Origin: Fimbriosthenelais zetlandica | Lineage: Eukaryota | Assembly: GCA_977030845.1 (NCBI GenBank) | Contig: OZ365110.1 | Location: forward strand, 35,216,001-35,280,000 | Reading direction: 5' to 3' | Length of the DNA: 64,000 nt | Shown here: piece by piece, positions 21,001-33,350 of the stretch | How positions within the stretch are numbered: the first letter of the stretch is position 1 | Layout of the letters: each line of letters begins with the position of its first letter | The notes under the pieces: generated by a model | What the model was told of the DNA's origin: nothing | Database searches by the model: none | Seen by the model: the letters and a program-made list of their open reading frames with translations, nothing else | Translations under genes and position numbers: made by a program

Positions 21001-24000
21001 TGGGGGAAGGTGGAGGAGGTTGTGGGGCTCCATGGCCTGGGTGTCACCACGCCGGTATGCTCTAAGAGCCCGCCACACGGAGTCGGGTCTCAGCCGCCAG
21101 CCTAGCGCCTGTCTCCGGCCCACTCATGCAACACTAATAGGCATCACATGTGTTGTATACTCCCAACAAAATGTCCCACACAACAGTCACAACAGTCAAT
21201 GGAAAGATTAGAAAAATGCTAGTAAAACACACCATTAAACCTGAAAACTTATGTCAATGATTCTGGAAATAACGTATGCCATTTGTTCCAATAGATTTAG
21301 GTCCACTCCTTAGTTCATGTCTAATGGTTATTTTTATTCTTCATTGATTGAATGGATGTACTATTCATATAACATAAAAGTCATTATTTTCGCCTTTCTA
21401 AAGGAGACTGTTGGGTGGTCTCTTCCCGAAACATTATAAAGGGGATATCGAAGTTTTTTCTATAGGCCTTCTACGTATGAAAGCCCTTATAAAACTATTC
21501 ATTCAAATGAATTGTTATCATATACATTCAGGTCTATAGCTACAGTTTTAGAGATAACAATTCTCACTTTCCTAAATACATGTAGTCTCGTAACATATAT
21601 CCATCCTAAAATATCCTTTCACTGTAGACACAAGTTCTCTAAATTAACCTTAAACGAGATCGATTGCTCGGTAAATGGTCTCAAAATGAACACATAAATA
21701 ACGCCATATAGGAGGTGGATATGTTCATTCTGCCACCCATGCATCTCTCTGCATCAATTTACATGCATGCTTTAAAAGAAAAAGCCCAGTAATTTCCCAA
21801 TAACCACGCGCCTTTATCTATAACCGGGTCCCGACCTGGTGCGCTCACTTCGCATGTATTTTCATTGATAATAAAAGCCAATAAAATGGTCGCGGAAGGA
21901 GCAATTGCGCGACGCGGGCCCTTTTTCTGCCGCGGCGTCCTTGCCATATCCACAGAGCTTTATAGCTAAATTGATGAGACCGTATCAAAGCACATGCCAT
22001 GATTGGAGGGACAATTCCAGCCTAGCCACTTTGGTCTGTCCTTGGGTTAATCTCTAGGTAATCTTTGTTTTTATCGCCAATCACCGCCACAAAAAGCCTC
22101 ACGCGAGGCGCCCATCAAGAGATCATTTTCTCCATTATCCTCCGACCACCGCCGCCAGGCCCAACTCCTCCAAACGACACACTGATTCATCAAGATCCCT
22201 GCCACGGCGAGCCGCGCCCCTACCGGCCAAAGATGTGTGTAAATGGACGTGGATGATATAATTTATCTAGTACGCCCACTTCTGATTAGACTGACCATTA
22301 AAAGAGACGGTGCCAGTGGAAGGCATCAAATGTAGTGGTCATGAAACATCATCAGGCCCTCTCTGATGGTTTAATTAGGCGTCTTTGTTTTAATTAGCCA
22401 TGGCTTTATCAATGTGCAGGCGACACGTCAGTCTGAGACAAGTCATCGTTAATACAATGTTGGCCTTGTTATGGGCCTCATTGGCTGCATTAGAGATTAA
22501 TGTACTTCTGATTTACTGGTCGACGCTTCGGGGGCCACTTGACAAGTGGGGGGAAACAGGCCGCAAACGGGCATTAATGCCCTTGAACGACTGGGCCGAG
22601 GCTGAAACGCATGCAACAGAAAGTGTTTCGCTCTGCCACACACTGGGGGCAGCAGTGTAGCAGGAGGGATCTAGATTTTAGCCTGAGGCACTGGAGGTAG
22701 TGCGATGCTACAAGCGTGGTGATAATTACCACTGATTTTCATCATTACCCGTTTCCATTCTTCAACAGATCCACGGGCTAAAAGGGTATATCATATATCT
22801 CTTACATAATATAGCTTTTCATATGAATTTAAACCCCAAAGATGTAACTATGCTTTGATATCGTGTTATGGCATACTTAATATCAGTGAAAGGGATCATT
22901 CTGGTTGGGTTTTCTTTACTTTTTTGTCTTTGGTTATATTTTGTCAAGTAAAAATAAACACACAATCTCTGCCTCCTGTGGGATGACTAAATGTAATGCA
23001 TGTATCTCATGCATTACATATTTCACCCCCGATGGAAAATATGTAATGCATGATACAACATTCCCTAATTGTTTGATGCGATACACCTTGCTTGGTATTA
23101 TAGAGAAGGATTTTGGAGTGGCTTCTTTGAGGCTATACAATGTGGCTTCATTCAAACAGCTTGGTTCTGCGTAGAATAATAAGACCCGGCTCCTAACGTC
23201 TCCCCACCCTGGTCCATCACCCCAGACACCCTTCACCTCCACAAACAGCCTCTCGCCATCACCTCACCACCCATCCTCTTACGCCTTGTTGCCATTCCCG
23301 ATCATTTCCTGAAGCCCCCTCGCCCCTGGAGCGCCCCATGAATGCAGTTTTTACGGGCGCCACAATGAGATTATGATGTATTCCTAATTCACCCTGATCG
23401 CATTAATATCCCCGGGCCGTGGACGTTATGTCCACTGGGGTGTGCCGCGTCCACTTAATGTATGATCCTTAGCTTTCGTTCACAACCCCCAGCCCATCCA
23501 TCACCAACCAACCGGATTGGGAGGCCGAGCGCATATCGAGGCAATTGTTCCACTTAGCCCCTCACTACCATCTATTGTATGGTAAAATGTGCTACAGCAT
23601 ATTCCCCATATGATAATCAATGTGAGGATTTCATACAATACATTGGTATTTACGTATGTGCTTGTATAAATACGTTCACCTTTTGGCAGGGGTGTTCTTT
23701 ATTTCCTTTATAGTTTGGATCATCCGGGCTGTCTTGAACATATTTATGCGCCTGACCCTCGGGCCCTCACAGGCCGGACCATAATTGTATAATGTGCCCA
23801 AGGCACGCGCTACACAAGGCGCCCCTAATCCCTTCCTTGGCGACCGGGCACGGCAGAATTAAATAATATTTATACATCATCAATTTCGTAATAAAGCAGG
23901 CATGGAAAGGCAAATGGAGGCCGGACGAAGGCCGGAGTGGGCGCGTGCACCGATCAATCATAGGGTTAAAAAGCCCGCGGAGGTCGAGCCAGTTGGCAAA

Positions 24001-26810
24001 ATGGCCGCAGGCAGGGGAACAACTTACAAACTCTTTGTTTCTAGCACATCCTCAAAATACATATCATATAGAAGCCAAGCTGTATAGAGAGACATGGAAC
24101 CATAATGCATGACATGCAGTGGTTCCTGTAAATATTCAACAATAACCTGCATAATTGAGCATTGTCATTTTAATGAAAACAATGTTTGCAAATCATAAAC
24201 AGTACAAAAAGCAATCAATCTGGCAAGATTTATCGTTAATTGAGTGGTGATTGCCATGTGTTATCCATTATGTTTAAGTGCTACATTGTTCTGGTAAAAT
24301 CACCATATCAGGATTCAGCCCCCGCCCAACATTCATCATAGACTTTATGACCTCAACTCAGGTTACACAAAATAGGTTTTTACATCGAGGAACAAATGGA
24401 GTTTTTCTAAATTGACTTGTTCATTACATTAAACACATCAGATTATTCATTCATTGTCATTAGAATAATAATGACATTACCTGATTAAAACATGACTCGT
24501 TCTGAAAGATTGAATAGAATCATTTAATTCTTCAATCATTAATCAAGTAATGAATGTTTCTTAAACCGGAAGTATGGACGCATTTTGTAATAAATATCAA
24601 ATTGAGTTCAATGTCAATTCAAAATGACATAATGAAATGAGTCTATTATTAAAGAGGAATTCCGAAGATATCTTTGCTTCTCAAAGGGAACAGCAAAACC
24701 AGGGGCCGATTAATTCATAACCCAGATGCCCTTGACCATTGGCTTTAAATAATGGCCCTGGAGACAACAGTTTTTCTCCTTAACTCGGTAATTCAACCTC
24801 CCCACCCCACTGTCCCTACTGATTTGCATTTAAGGCAAATGGGTGAGATATTGAGTGATTTAAATGTAGGGGGTTGGTAGTTAAACAGCTTATAACTCCC
24901 CTTCACACCCTAACTATCAACCATCCCAACTAAGTAGCCCTACCTTTAAAGATGACGACGTTGCTTCACGTGTCGCTGTTTATTTATATTCACATTAACG
25001 ATCCGTTATGACATTTGCCTGGTCCTTGACGTCAGTTCTCATGCCATTGCCAGACCACACACATTGAAAACTTTGCCCATTTTCAAACCGGATCAATATA
25101 ATTGCGGTCTAACTGCGCGTTTTACCCACTAATGGGTGCTAAATTTCCCCTGGACCGCCGTGGTGTGGCGCCGCAGTAGCCTAGGGTTCCAAATCATCCG
25201 CTTCCCCCGATCTATGTTTATCGACAAAGAGCCCAGCAGGAATTTCATTTGAATAATGTAGGCACCTGCCAGGCCATATAGCCCACCAGGGGGAGGGACA
25301 TGATTTCTCCATGATGCAATAGATTATATATTTTAGTGATACCTGTCAAGCCTAATGATGCCCTAATGTGGCATAACCTATTAGGACATGAAATGTTGGC
25401 CTCGGTAATGCACTCACCATTCAAATGTGACGGTTAAACGAGCCCCACAAGTGCAACCTTTCAATAACCCATATAGGAAAAACTAGGAGTGAATAAAATG
25501 TTTCTAAATAATGCAATGACAGTTATATAATAATTCATCTGGGATTTTTTTTTCCAACTTGCATTGTTGCATTGAAGACAAATGTGTTGAGGTATAGATT
25601 AAATTTATAGTTTTTTCTCTCTGTATTTAATTTTCTAAAGTGCTGTAAAGTGCTGTGTGGAATCCATTTATATATTCATCGGGGAGTGTAATGGCCATGC
25701 GTGGCTTTCAATACGTAATTGTCATGCAAACTGTGATAGACTACAATGGCTAGTGCTCATACTGTGACAATTTCATCTGTAATCAACCGCCAATGATGGT
25801 ATTTAACACATAACCAGACCAGCATTGGAAACGCCAAGCCATCTTGATCTAGAGAGACATGTGATTCAGAAAGATGCTTATAACCTGTGTTGCTGGAGAT
25901 GCCTTCTTCAAACGTTCATTCCCATACTACTTACGAGGTGAAATGGCTTCACCGACACACTGTTCATTTGAAATGACGTGTAGGTCATTTACTTATGGGT
26001 ACCAGGCGTGTTTTTTAAGTGGGCATTATATTTTTTATTCACTTTCTGGTACATTCTAAAATTGTGGATACGTGTGCAGCATTTTATTTCAGACTCTACT
26101 CACAGATGTCCATGAAGTTTGGCATTTGTCCAGTACGCTTGAATTAATGTATCATCCCCACATGCATTTGCGGAGTTTAAAGGGCCGTTATATATACATT
26201 CAATCCTATCATGTTCTTGGCACTTTTCCCTTAACCCTTGCCTCGCGGGGTCAGTGCCATCATCACCAGCCCACCCACCTTCCTATTCTATGCGCTTATT
26301 TACCAAAATTACCCTCCACAATCAATAGCCTGCCTGCCATGCTTGCCTTCAGCCCACACGTTCGCTTCACGGCGACGACCAAGTCTGCAAATCTGTCCTG
26401 ACGTGTTTCTCCATACAGAATGGCCAAAGTAGCCATAATGACCCATAGGAGGCGTTTACCGTTTAAAATGCCCCCTGTTTGATGTGCCGCTCCCAGAGTC
26501 CTCACGCGGCGAGGTGTGAAACGAAAGCTGACAGTCGCCCGATCGACGATAATGAAACAAAAACATAGAGGGGATTACTCCAATGGAGACAGCAATCGGA
26601 CGCGTTGATCTAAATAGTAGCCTCTTATGGGCCCGGGTTTTCATTTTCCCAAGCATCCATGCAGTTTTGTCCATTCAGTCATGTATGTGTTAAATTCAAG
26701 ACGACCGAAGTAATCAAGCCCCATTAAAAGATGTGCTATAAATGAGATCCATGCAGAGCCTGTTTCACAATAAATATGCGCTACATTAGCCAATGGAATG
26801 TCTATAACAG

Positions 26811-26905
26811 GGACCTGTTTCAGAACAAGAATTTAGCAATACTAAGTCTATGGGACATTTTAACCCTTTCTGAGACCCTCTGACCGCAAAAGGGTTAAAG
26901 GGTCC
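26811..26905. mobile_element. MITE family 1 copy with its right part replaced by a short TTAA-flanked inverted-repeat element
   Basis: CAG-GGACCTGTTTCAG...gggacattt[TTAACCCTTT...AAAGGGTTAA]agggtcc-CAG. Confidence 0.55.
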
Positions 26906-29105
26906 CAGAAGTAGCCAGATATATATATATAGGATAATGCATTAAAAACAGGATCCTTTTTTGAAATGGGACGTCTGAAAGGAGAATGTATAGGCCCCAA
27001 AAAGCATTTCAAAAAGCAGACGACCAATTCGCGAACGTGTTAAAGGGTCGAGGGAACATTGAGGGATCAAGAAGGAAAACAAAACGAATCTTGGCGTCAA
27101 AGCCCTCAAACTCCGCCGAAGCACAGACGATGCTCTGTCGGATGTTTGCGATGAGATTTTCTCGGGAAATTGCTAGATGGAAGGGGACGATAGGGTGACG
27201 TTATGTGTCCGCCATTGGCGGCCATGTTAGGAGTCAGTGTGTGGATTACGTGAGGCGTTCTGTATCCCTCCGCGCCCAAAGAGTCCGGCCGGGCGTGCCT
27301 GATTCGGGTAAATTGACTCATTTCCAGTCGATTATTTGAATGCGGTGTGTCAGCGGCCGCACATTAGCGCGTTTGAAGCGGCCGGATCTCTAACCAATTA
27401 CCAGAAATGACTGGTGGACACTGTGGGCGAGATTGTGTGTGTATTATGGCGCGAGAGAGTGGCATTGTGGGTGGTTTACAGGGGCGGCCAGGCTGGGCAG
27501 GCGCTCCGTTCTATATTGTTCTGCCAAGCAAACAAACCCGCTCATTGGTGCCAAGATATTGACTAGAATGACCACGAAAACAGAGATTATAAAAGGCTGT
27601 GCTTTATCACCCACGCAAAAGCTACCAATAATAATGCATAGAACGCATGGCGATATGAAAGAATATCGATTCCCATTGGGGCTGCCACCTATGCATGGAA
27701 GAAATTACATTTTTTCTCGGACCAATGTTTCTAAATGGCACCTTTTTAAGCCGTGTAAAATGTTAGGGTGAACATGGATGAAAGCTTTACACATGCGTGT
27801 ATAGGGGCGAGCGGCCACATTGACATCTGTAAAATTATAGAGTGCTGTTTTCTGACCTGGGACAATTCACACAAAAGTTCTCTTTATCGCGCCTCGCGAA
27901 AAGAGTCCAGACAATGACCGGGTCCTCGGAAGCCATTTTTCATTTGCTAATTACACATTTGACTTTGACTGTCAGATGAAATTGAACCTAACCCCCTACT
28001 GAGGGGGACACCATCTTCTGAGGGAAGAAGGTATTAAATTATGCACGCACACTCAACTGCTTGAACGCCCAGCCGTCATATGAACATGCAATTATAGGCC
28101 GAGAAATCCCATCCAGCAGACGGGTGAAGAACTTCTTAAGAATGTTGAATGATTTGTTATAAACATATGGTATCCATAATACGGGCTAGTCATGGCAGTC
28201 GATATACATGACTGGAAATAGAGTCCTTGTCTCGACATTTTCCTCGGTTATTTACACTAGTGAGTGAAAAATATTACAAAAAGTACTTGACCTGGTTTTG
28301 ATATGACTGATTTATTTTACAGCAATGTTAAATTATAGAAACAAGAGGTTCTATCCTCACCACAGAGCATAAACGAACCAATATTCATTTATCCCCTATA
28401 CTTCATGGAGTACATTATTGTATCCAACATATTGCACACATATCTCTGATACACTTTACATAACATAGTTTATTTGATAAACTTAGAGACTGCAACGAGG
28501 TTGAAGTCATTTTTATACTATTATTATAGCTGCATGGATTCGCAAACACCACTGATACACGATACCGTTTACACACTATATTGTATAATATACAGGACTA
28601 TTATAACTTTTTAAGTACATAGACGATTTTCTCATACAAAAACAATCCTGTGGATTCGATACACGATCTAATCGGCAAACATTGATATAGTATGTATTCT
28701 ATAGGATTATTTACAATGAACCAAAGGAAACTTGATGTTAATAACTGAGCTATTTTGTACGTACGCCTATAACTGATATTAAGTTACACTGTTGGGGAGG
28801 TGGACATTGTAGGAGAAAGCCAAGAGGTAACATGTAAGTATAAAGTATTATAGACACAGTGATGGGGGTTTACCCACCAGGGAGACTGGGCTGGAGACAG
28901 GAATATTGCAGTCCCAATCATTTAGCGATACTTTTCAGCAGACCGATTACGACTAAAGGGCGTCAGTAACGCCCTATTATCGCTCACGCAGCGCCTGCGT
29001 TTGGACGGCCGATTCGATTCGCTTTATCTTCGTAATACCTGTACCCTATAGCGTCCATATAGAAACTGGATTTATATTATAATTTTTCCCATCTTATATG
29101 GCCAA

Positions 29106-29111
29106 TTTATT
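29106..29111 (-). terminator. Candidate proximal polyadenylation signal of Emx
   Basis: AATAAA on the minus strand about 640 nt after the stop. Motif match only. Confidence 0.3.
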
Positions 29112-29745
29112 TGAGTCCAGTGGTCCAACAAATGTTTGTTGAAGAGGTATTTAGCATGGCCTAAATATTATAGCAATGAATGAAGAACGGGGTTATAATA
29201 GGCCTACCCTACCTTTTCCCTCTTACTAATGCTACCCCCTCCCAATATTGTACCTTATTCTCGGATATTAATACTTAAACTGGAAAGACGTGCGTGACGT
29301 AGCATGACGCAAAAACATACGATGTCCTCTCGAGTCTACTCTCGAGCCCGATGCAGAAGTTCATTAGAGTCTCAAGATTACAAAATAGGCCTAGCCATAT
29401 AGGATAGCAACACATATGGTTATAGTTATAGCATTTCGTCAGAAATTTATATAATTTAATAGTATAGAACGGCTACCACAATAATTAATGCTAGGATTGT
29501 CCTATAATGCTGAAGGTAACTCCTTAATTTAGGGGACTTCTTGAACATTTTCCTATTGAGTACCTGTACATTTTAACTCATACCTTTTACACAGTTTTAA
29601 TTGTGTTTATATAAAGTATCTGATACACATAATATATGAACAATGATTTGTTAAAGACATATTGCATCATGGATTTGCTTTGACTAACATTTGGAAACAA
29701 CAATCGCAAGTTTATAGATTCACCATAATGTACATGTTTACATAA

Positions 29746-30258
29746 TCATACTACTTGAACTTGGCTCGTTTCGGTCCGCCATCTTTCCACGTGGTGCGCC
29801 GTTTTGGCGGTAGAGGGCGATGGCGATCGCGATGGCCGACTTTGTTCTATATGGTGGTGACTTTGACCTTGAAATTGAACATGGCCTTGACTACTGCTAC
29901 TGTGACCTTGACTACTGTGACCTTGACCTACATGTTGATGGTCGAGGAGGTGTTTCTGGTGTTGGAGTGATTCCATGGCCAAACTATTCCTCATCAAGTT
30001 CACCTCCTCGTCCGTGTTTGTCACACAGTCTATTTCCTCGTCTTCGTCATCTATGAGTTCCATTTCTAGCTCCTCCTCTTCCTCCTCAGCATTGGAGGAC
30101 ATGTCTAAAGGTTTGTCCTCACCGTCAGACCTGACAGAGCCGCCATCTGGTGAGCCGGGATCTTTACTATGTCCACTGCCATCTCCTCTCTGGTTCTCCG
30201 CTTCTTCAGCTTTCATCCGCTTGTATTTGGTACGTCGGTTCTGGAACCATACTTTAAC
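29746..30258 (-). CDS. Emx: Emx homeobox gene, coding exon 3 (homeodomain helix 3 VKVWFQNRRTKYKR, acidic and His/Ser-rich C-terminus)
   Basis: Acceptor gtatttttcAG at 30260-30259, phase 0. VKVWFQNRRTKYKR continues exon 2. Contains the Emx-type HHVERWR motif. Stop TGA at 29748-29746. Confidence 0.95.
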   Translation of the reverse strand, partial: VKVWFQNRRTKYKRMKAEEAENQRGDGSGHSKDPGSPDGGSVRSDGEDKPLDMSSNAEEEEEELEMELIDDEDEEIDCVTNTDEEVNLMRNSLAMESLQHQKHLLDHQHVGQGHSSQGHSSSSQGHVQFQGQSHHHIEQSRPSRSPSPSTAKTAHHVERWRTETSQVQVV

Positions 30259-33205
30259 CTGAAAAATACAAAATACAATTTCATTATTGTGATGTCAATT
30301 GAATTACATCCTGAATTGCATAGCGGTTTTTTGCTTATTGGATCTGTTTACATGACAACTCCTTCAGCTGATCAATTGGCAAATTTCATAAGGAGCAATG
30401 CAATTTCCGTCAGAGCTGTATTACTTTAGCTATATAAGTGAAAAGTTTGCATTATAATGAAGCGGAACTTCACTTCCTCGTAGAAAGGCTTCGCACAATT
30501 GGCTTCCCCGCCCCACCCGAACTTGTTCAGGCCCACCAAAAGTCATAAATATTAGAGGAAAAGTAGATAATCATGCGCCACAAATTGTGGGTAATAGAGC
30601 CGATAGCGCAGTTCTCTTGCTGCCAAGGAAAAGATTGGTGACTTTGAAGCTTATCAGCTTGGGGAAAGAGGCGTGTGTTTTATTAGAGCTTCTTCTTCAC
30701 TCGCTCTCAGACGGCTTCATATCTGGAGGCAGATAAGGCAGCAAGACAAGACTGATAGAACGCGAGGATGTGCCAACCCCAATCATCGCCCATCATCTAT
30801 TGCCTACTCAGGGGGCAGCACGTAGCTCACTTATTTAGCCTCCAAATCTCTCGACATAATATTCGTCATTCTTATCAGCATTGGGGTAAAAGGAGGGACT
30901 AAGCAAACTAATTCTTCCCAAGATTGCTGCAAATCGCCTTCGACGCCATGTCTGGGTGAGTGCCATCTTGCCTAATTATTGCCCACATTTTTCAGATATC
31001 GTTGGGCTGTGGGTCAGGGGAGGAGTTAGGGGAGCCACCTGGTGTGAGCCAATAAAACGCTATATTTACATTGCAAATGGCACTAGTGCTGAATGCATTG
31101 GACATGGGGTATGTAAGATGGTGCACTGCCTTGGAGATAAGGGGCAGCAAATTGGTGCGCAATGAATGAAGTGGATGAAACACGTTTCGCTTGTCATTGC
31201 TGATTCAACAAGCTATTTTTTCAATCTAGATGGCCGCGATAAGAGCCAAATGGAAACGCTAAGTTTCATTTGAAATGCCCCTCCAAAGGAGATGCTACAT
31301 ATTTACTGCCTACTCCCTTATCAGTGGAGGCTGTTAGTTGTGGACGTTCCAAATTAAATCTCAGCCAAATTGTGAACACATGCTTCTGTCTCCTCAATAG
31401 TGAGAAGTGTATAAACAGACAACAGACAACAAACAAATCAGAGAGGAGAGAAAAGAAATGCATTTCAAGTGGGCAGTGTGTTTATTTGAAAGCGGACACA
31501 ATAAATATGTCACAACGCAAAGGCCATAGGACTGGACGTTCGAGTTTAGGCTTTTTAAAATGTCAACCACTTCAGAAGATCGCCTATTTTATAGCTCTTT
31601 CCAGCGCTAGCTGTCGTGGCCGTGGAATGGACGATCCACTATAGCTTTATGGATTAGGCCCAAGTCTCTGTCAAACTGTCCTCGCTATCTTGGCTTATGG
31701 TAAACTCGAGTGAGCCTCACGCAGTCAGTGACCGGTTTAAGGTCGTCCTTGGTTTTGATTTGAAGGTAAAAGGTCACCGTGTTACATCATAAAACGACTA
31801 CTGTCTGTGCCAGCATTCCCTGGCTGCCTTCCAGCCTTGATCTGAAAATGATGATTTGTTGGGCGAATTAAGCTAAATTAATGAGTCCTCGTCCAACTTT
31901 TTATGCAAAATTGTTAATGATATTGACGGTGAAACGTCCAAGGTCACGCTTTCTTTGTGCCACCCAAGAACATTAAGCTCATTTCCTTGCATGTCGATCC
32001 TAATTTTCCGGATCTCTGTCTACTTTTTCGGCCGGATTACCTTGTAAGGGCAGGCAGACCTCCATGAATTTAGTCCATTTTACACTGAAGTGGCTTGTAC
32101 ACCTCGGAGAATTCGCACACATGCCTGTTTACATGCCAAGACACTATTTAGGACATAATATCATTTGGGGTCCATACATCTGTCGCTCAAGCATAGCCAA
32201 CATATCTGAGAAGGGTACAAAAAATCATGAAATGCTTGCCCATATGGAAACATTTTAGCTGGAGTCATTTACATTGCTTAAATAACCCAGGAAGGCACAT
32301 GTTTGGAATATCAATTGATGTGATATACAATATCGAAGTGTCACTTTAAATCTGCACATGGGAATCCTTCTGTTATCTGATAGTTTAATATCTGTCACAT
32401 GAAGGTTGGCCCTGCTCACCCCAGACACTTGGAGAGAGGAGGCCTGACGGAGACCAGGGAACATAGCCCGCGGCTAAAGTCTCGCTAAGACCGACTTCCA
32501 ACTGTCTCCAGCCTACATCACAAACCAACACAGCTCAGCCCCAACCTCTCAGCTTATCAGGGAACCTCTCGTTTAAGTCATCTTTTAACTCAAATGGTCC
32601 TACTTTTTTAGATAAACTCCTTCATATCCCTGATAAAGGCCAGCCGTAAGTTTAATTCCACCCCACAGCTTGTCTGATCTTAGTGGGCAATGTTCTCTAG
32701 ATAGACAGGGAATCAAAGATGCAAATCTCTGGGGCCAAATAAAAACAGAAATGTCGTGTGTAATTTCCCTGTGGAACATTTGTCTCAGAGTCTTGTGTTT
32801 GGAATGCCTCAGTGTTGGGCGATATATACACAGTTTGTCAAGTGGTCGCCAGAGGGGCTTGTCCGTTAGCACTCGAGGTCGCCTTATCTGCTGCGAAGAC
32901 TGGGCGATAAAACAAGCTTGAGGGAAAAAGTTAGCTGGGGCAATTACCACAAATTAACTGTAATCTCACTTTGTGTTTCATCTGTTAGGCGCCGGGAAGG
33001 GATCCAAGTTGTGAAGGCCTTAAGTGGATGACTGAGAGTAAAGTTTATTCAGGCATGTGTCGGAGAAAGTATAGAAGCTGTAGACGCCATAGAATTACAG
33101 TACATGTATATACAGTTGGAATCAAAACGTATTCACTCCCAACTAGACAATTGGTTCATAATATAAATAGATCAGTATTTTATATTCATTGGAATCATAC
33201 TTGAG

Positions 33206-33350
33206 GGGCCTATTTCAAAAGAATAATTAGCAATGCTTAGTCTATGGCTAATTTTTGTTTTGGAATGCATGGGCGCCAGCTAGAGGACTGTTTCAAAAGG
33301 AATATTATAGCAATGCTAAGTCTATGGCTAATTTTGTTTTGAAACAAATG
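33206..33350. mobile_element. Two adjacent degenerate MITE family 1 copies
   Basis: GGGCCTATTTCA...tagcaatgcttagtctatggcta and ggactgtttca...tagcaatgctaagtctatggcta...ttgaaaca. Confidence 0.55.

Noticed and set aside
20768-21211. 147-aa ORF with poly-(Asp-Gly) and its antisense poly-(Pro-Ser) ORF
   Set aside because: Both are explained by the stop-free (TGGGGA)n microsatellite. There is no domain, splice or codon evidence.
22927-22950. Possible miR-9 gene
   Set aside because: Only the first 11 nt match, and no complementary arm for a precursor hairpin is visible. Kept only as a possible target site.
29755-30262. Plus-strand ORFs overlapping Emx exon 3 (and 57276-57551 over exon 1)
   Set aside because: These are antisense shadows of GC-rich, low-complexity coding sequence.
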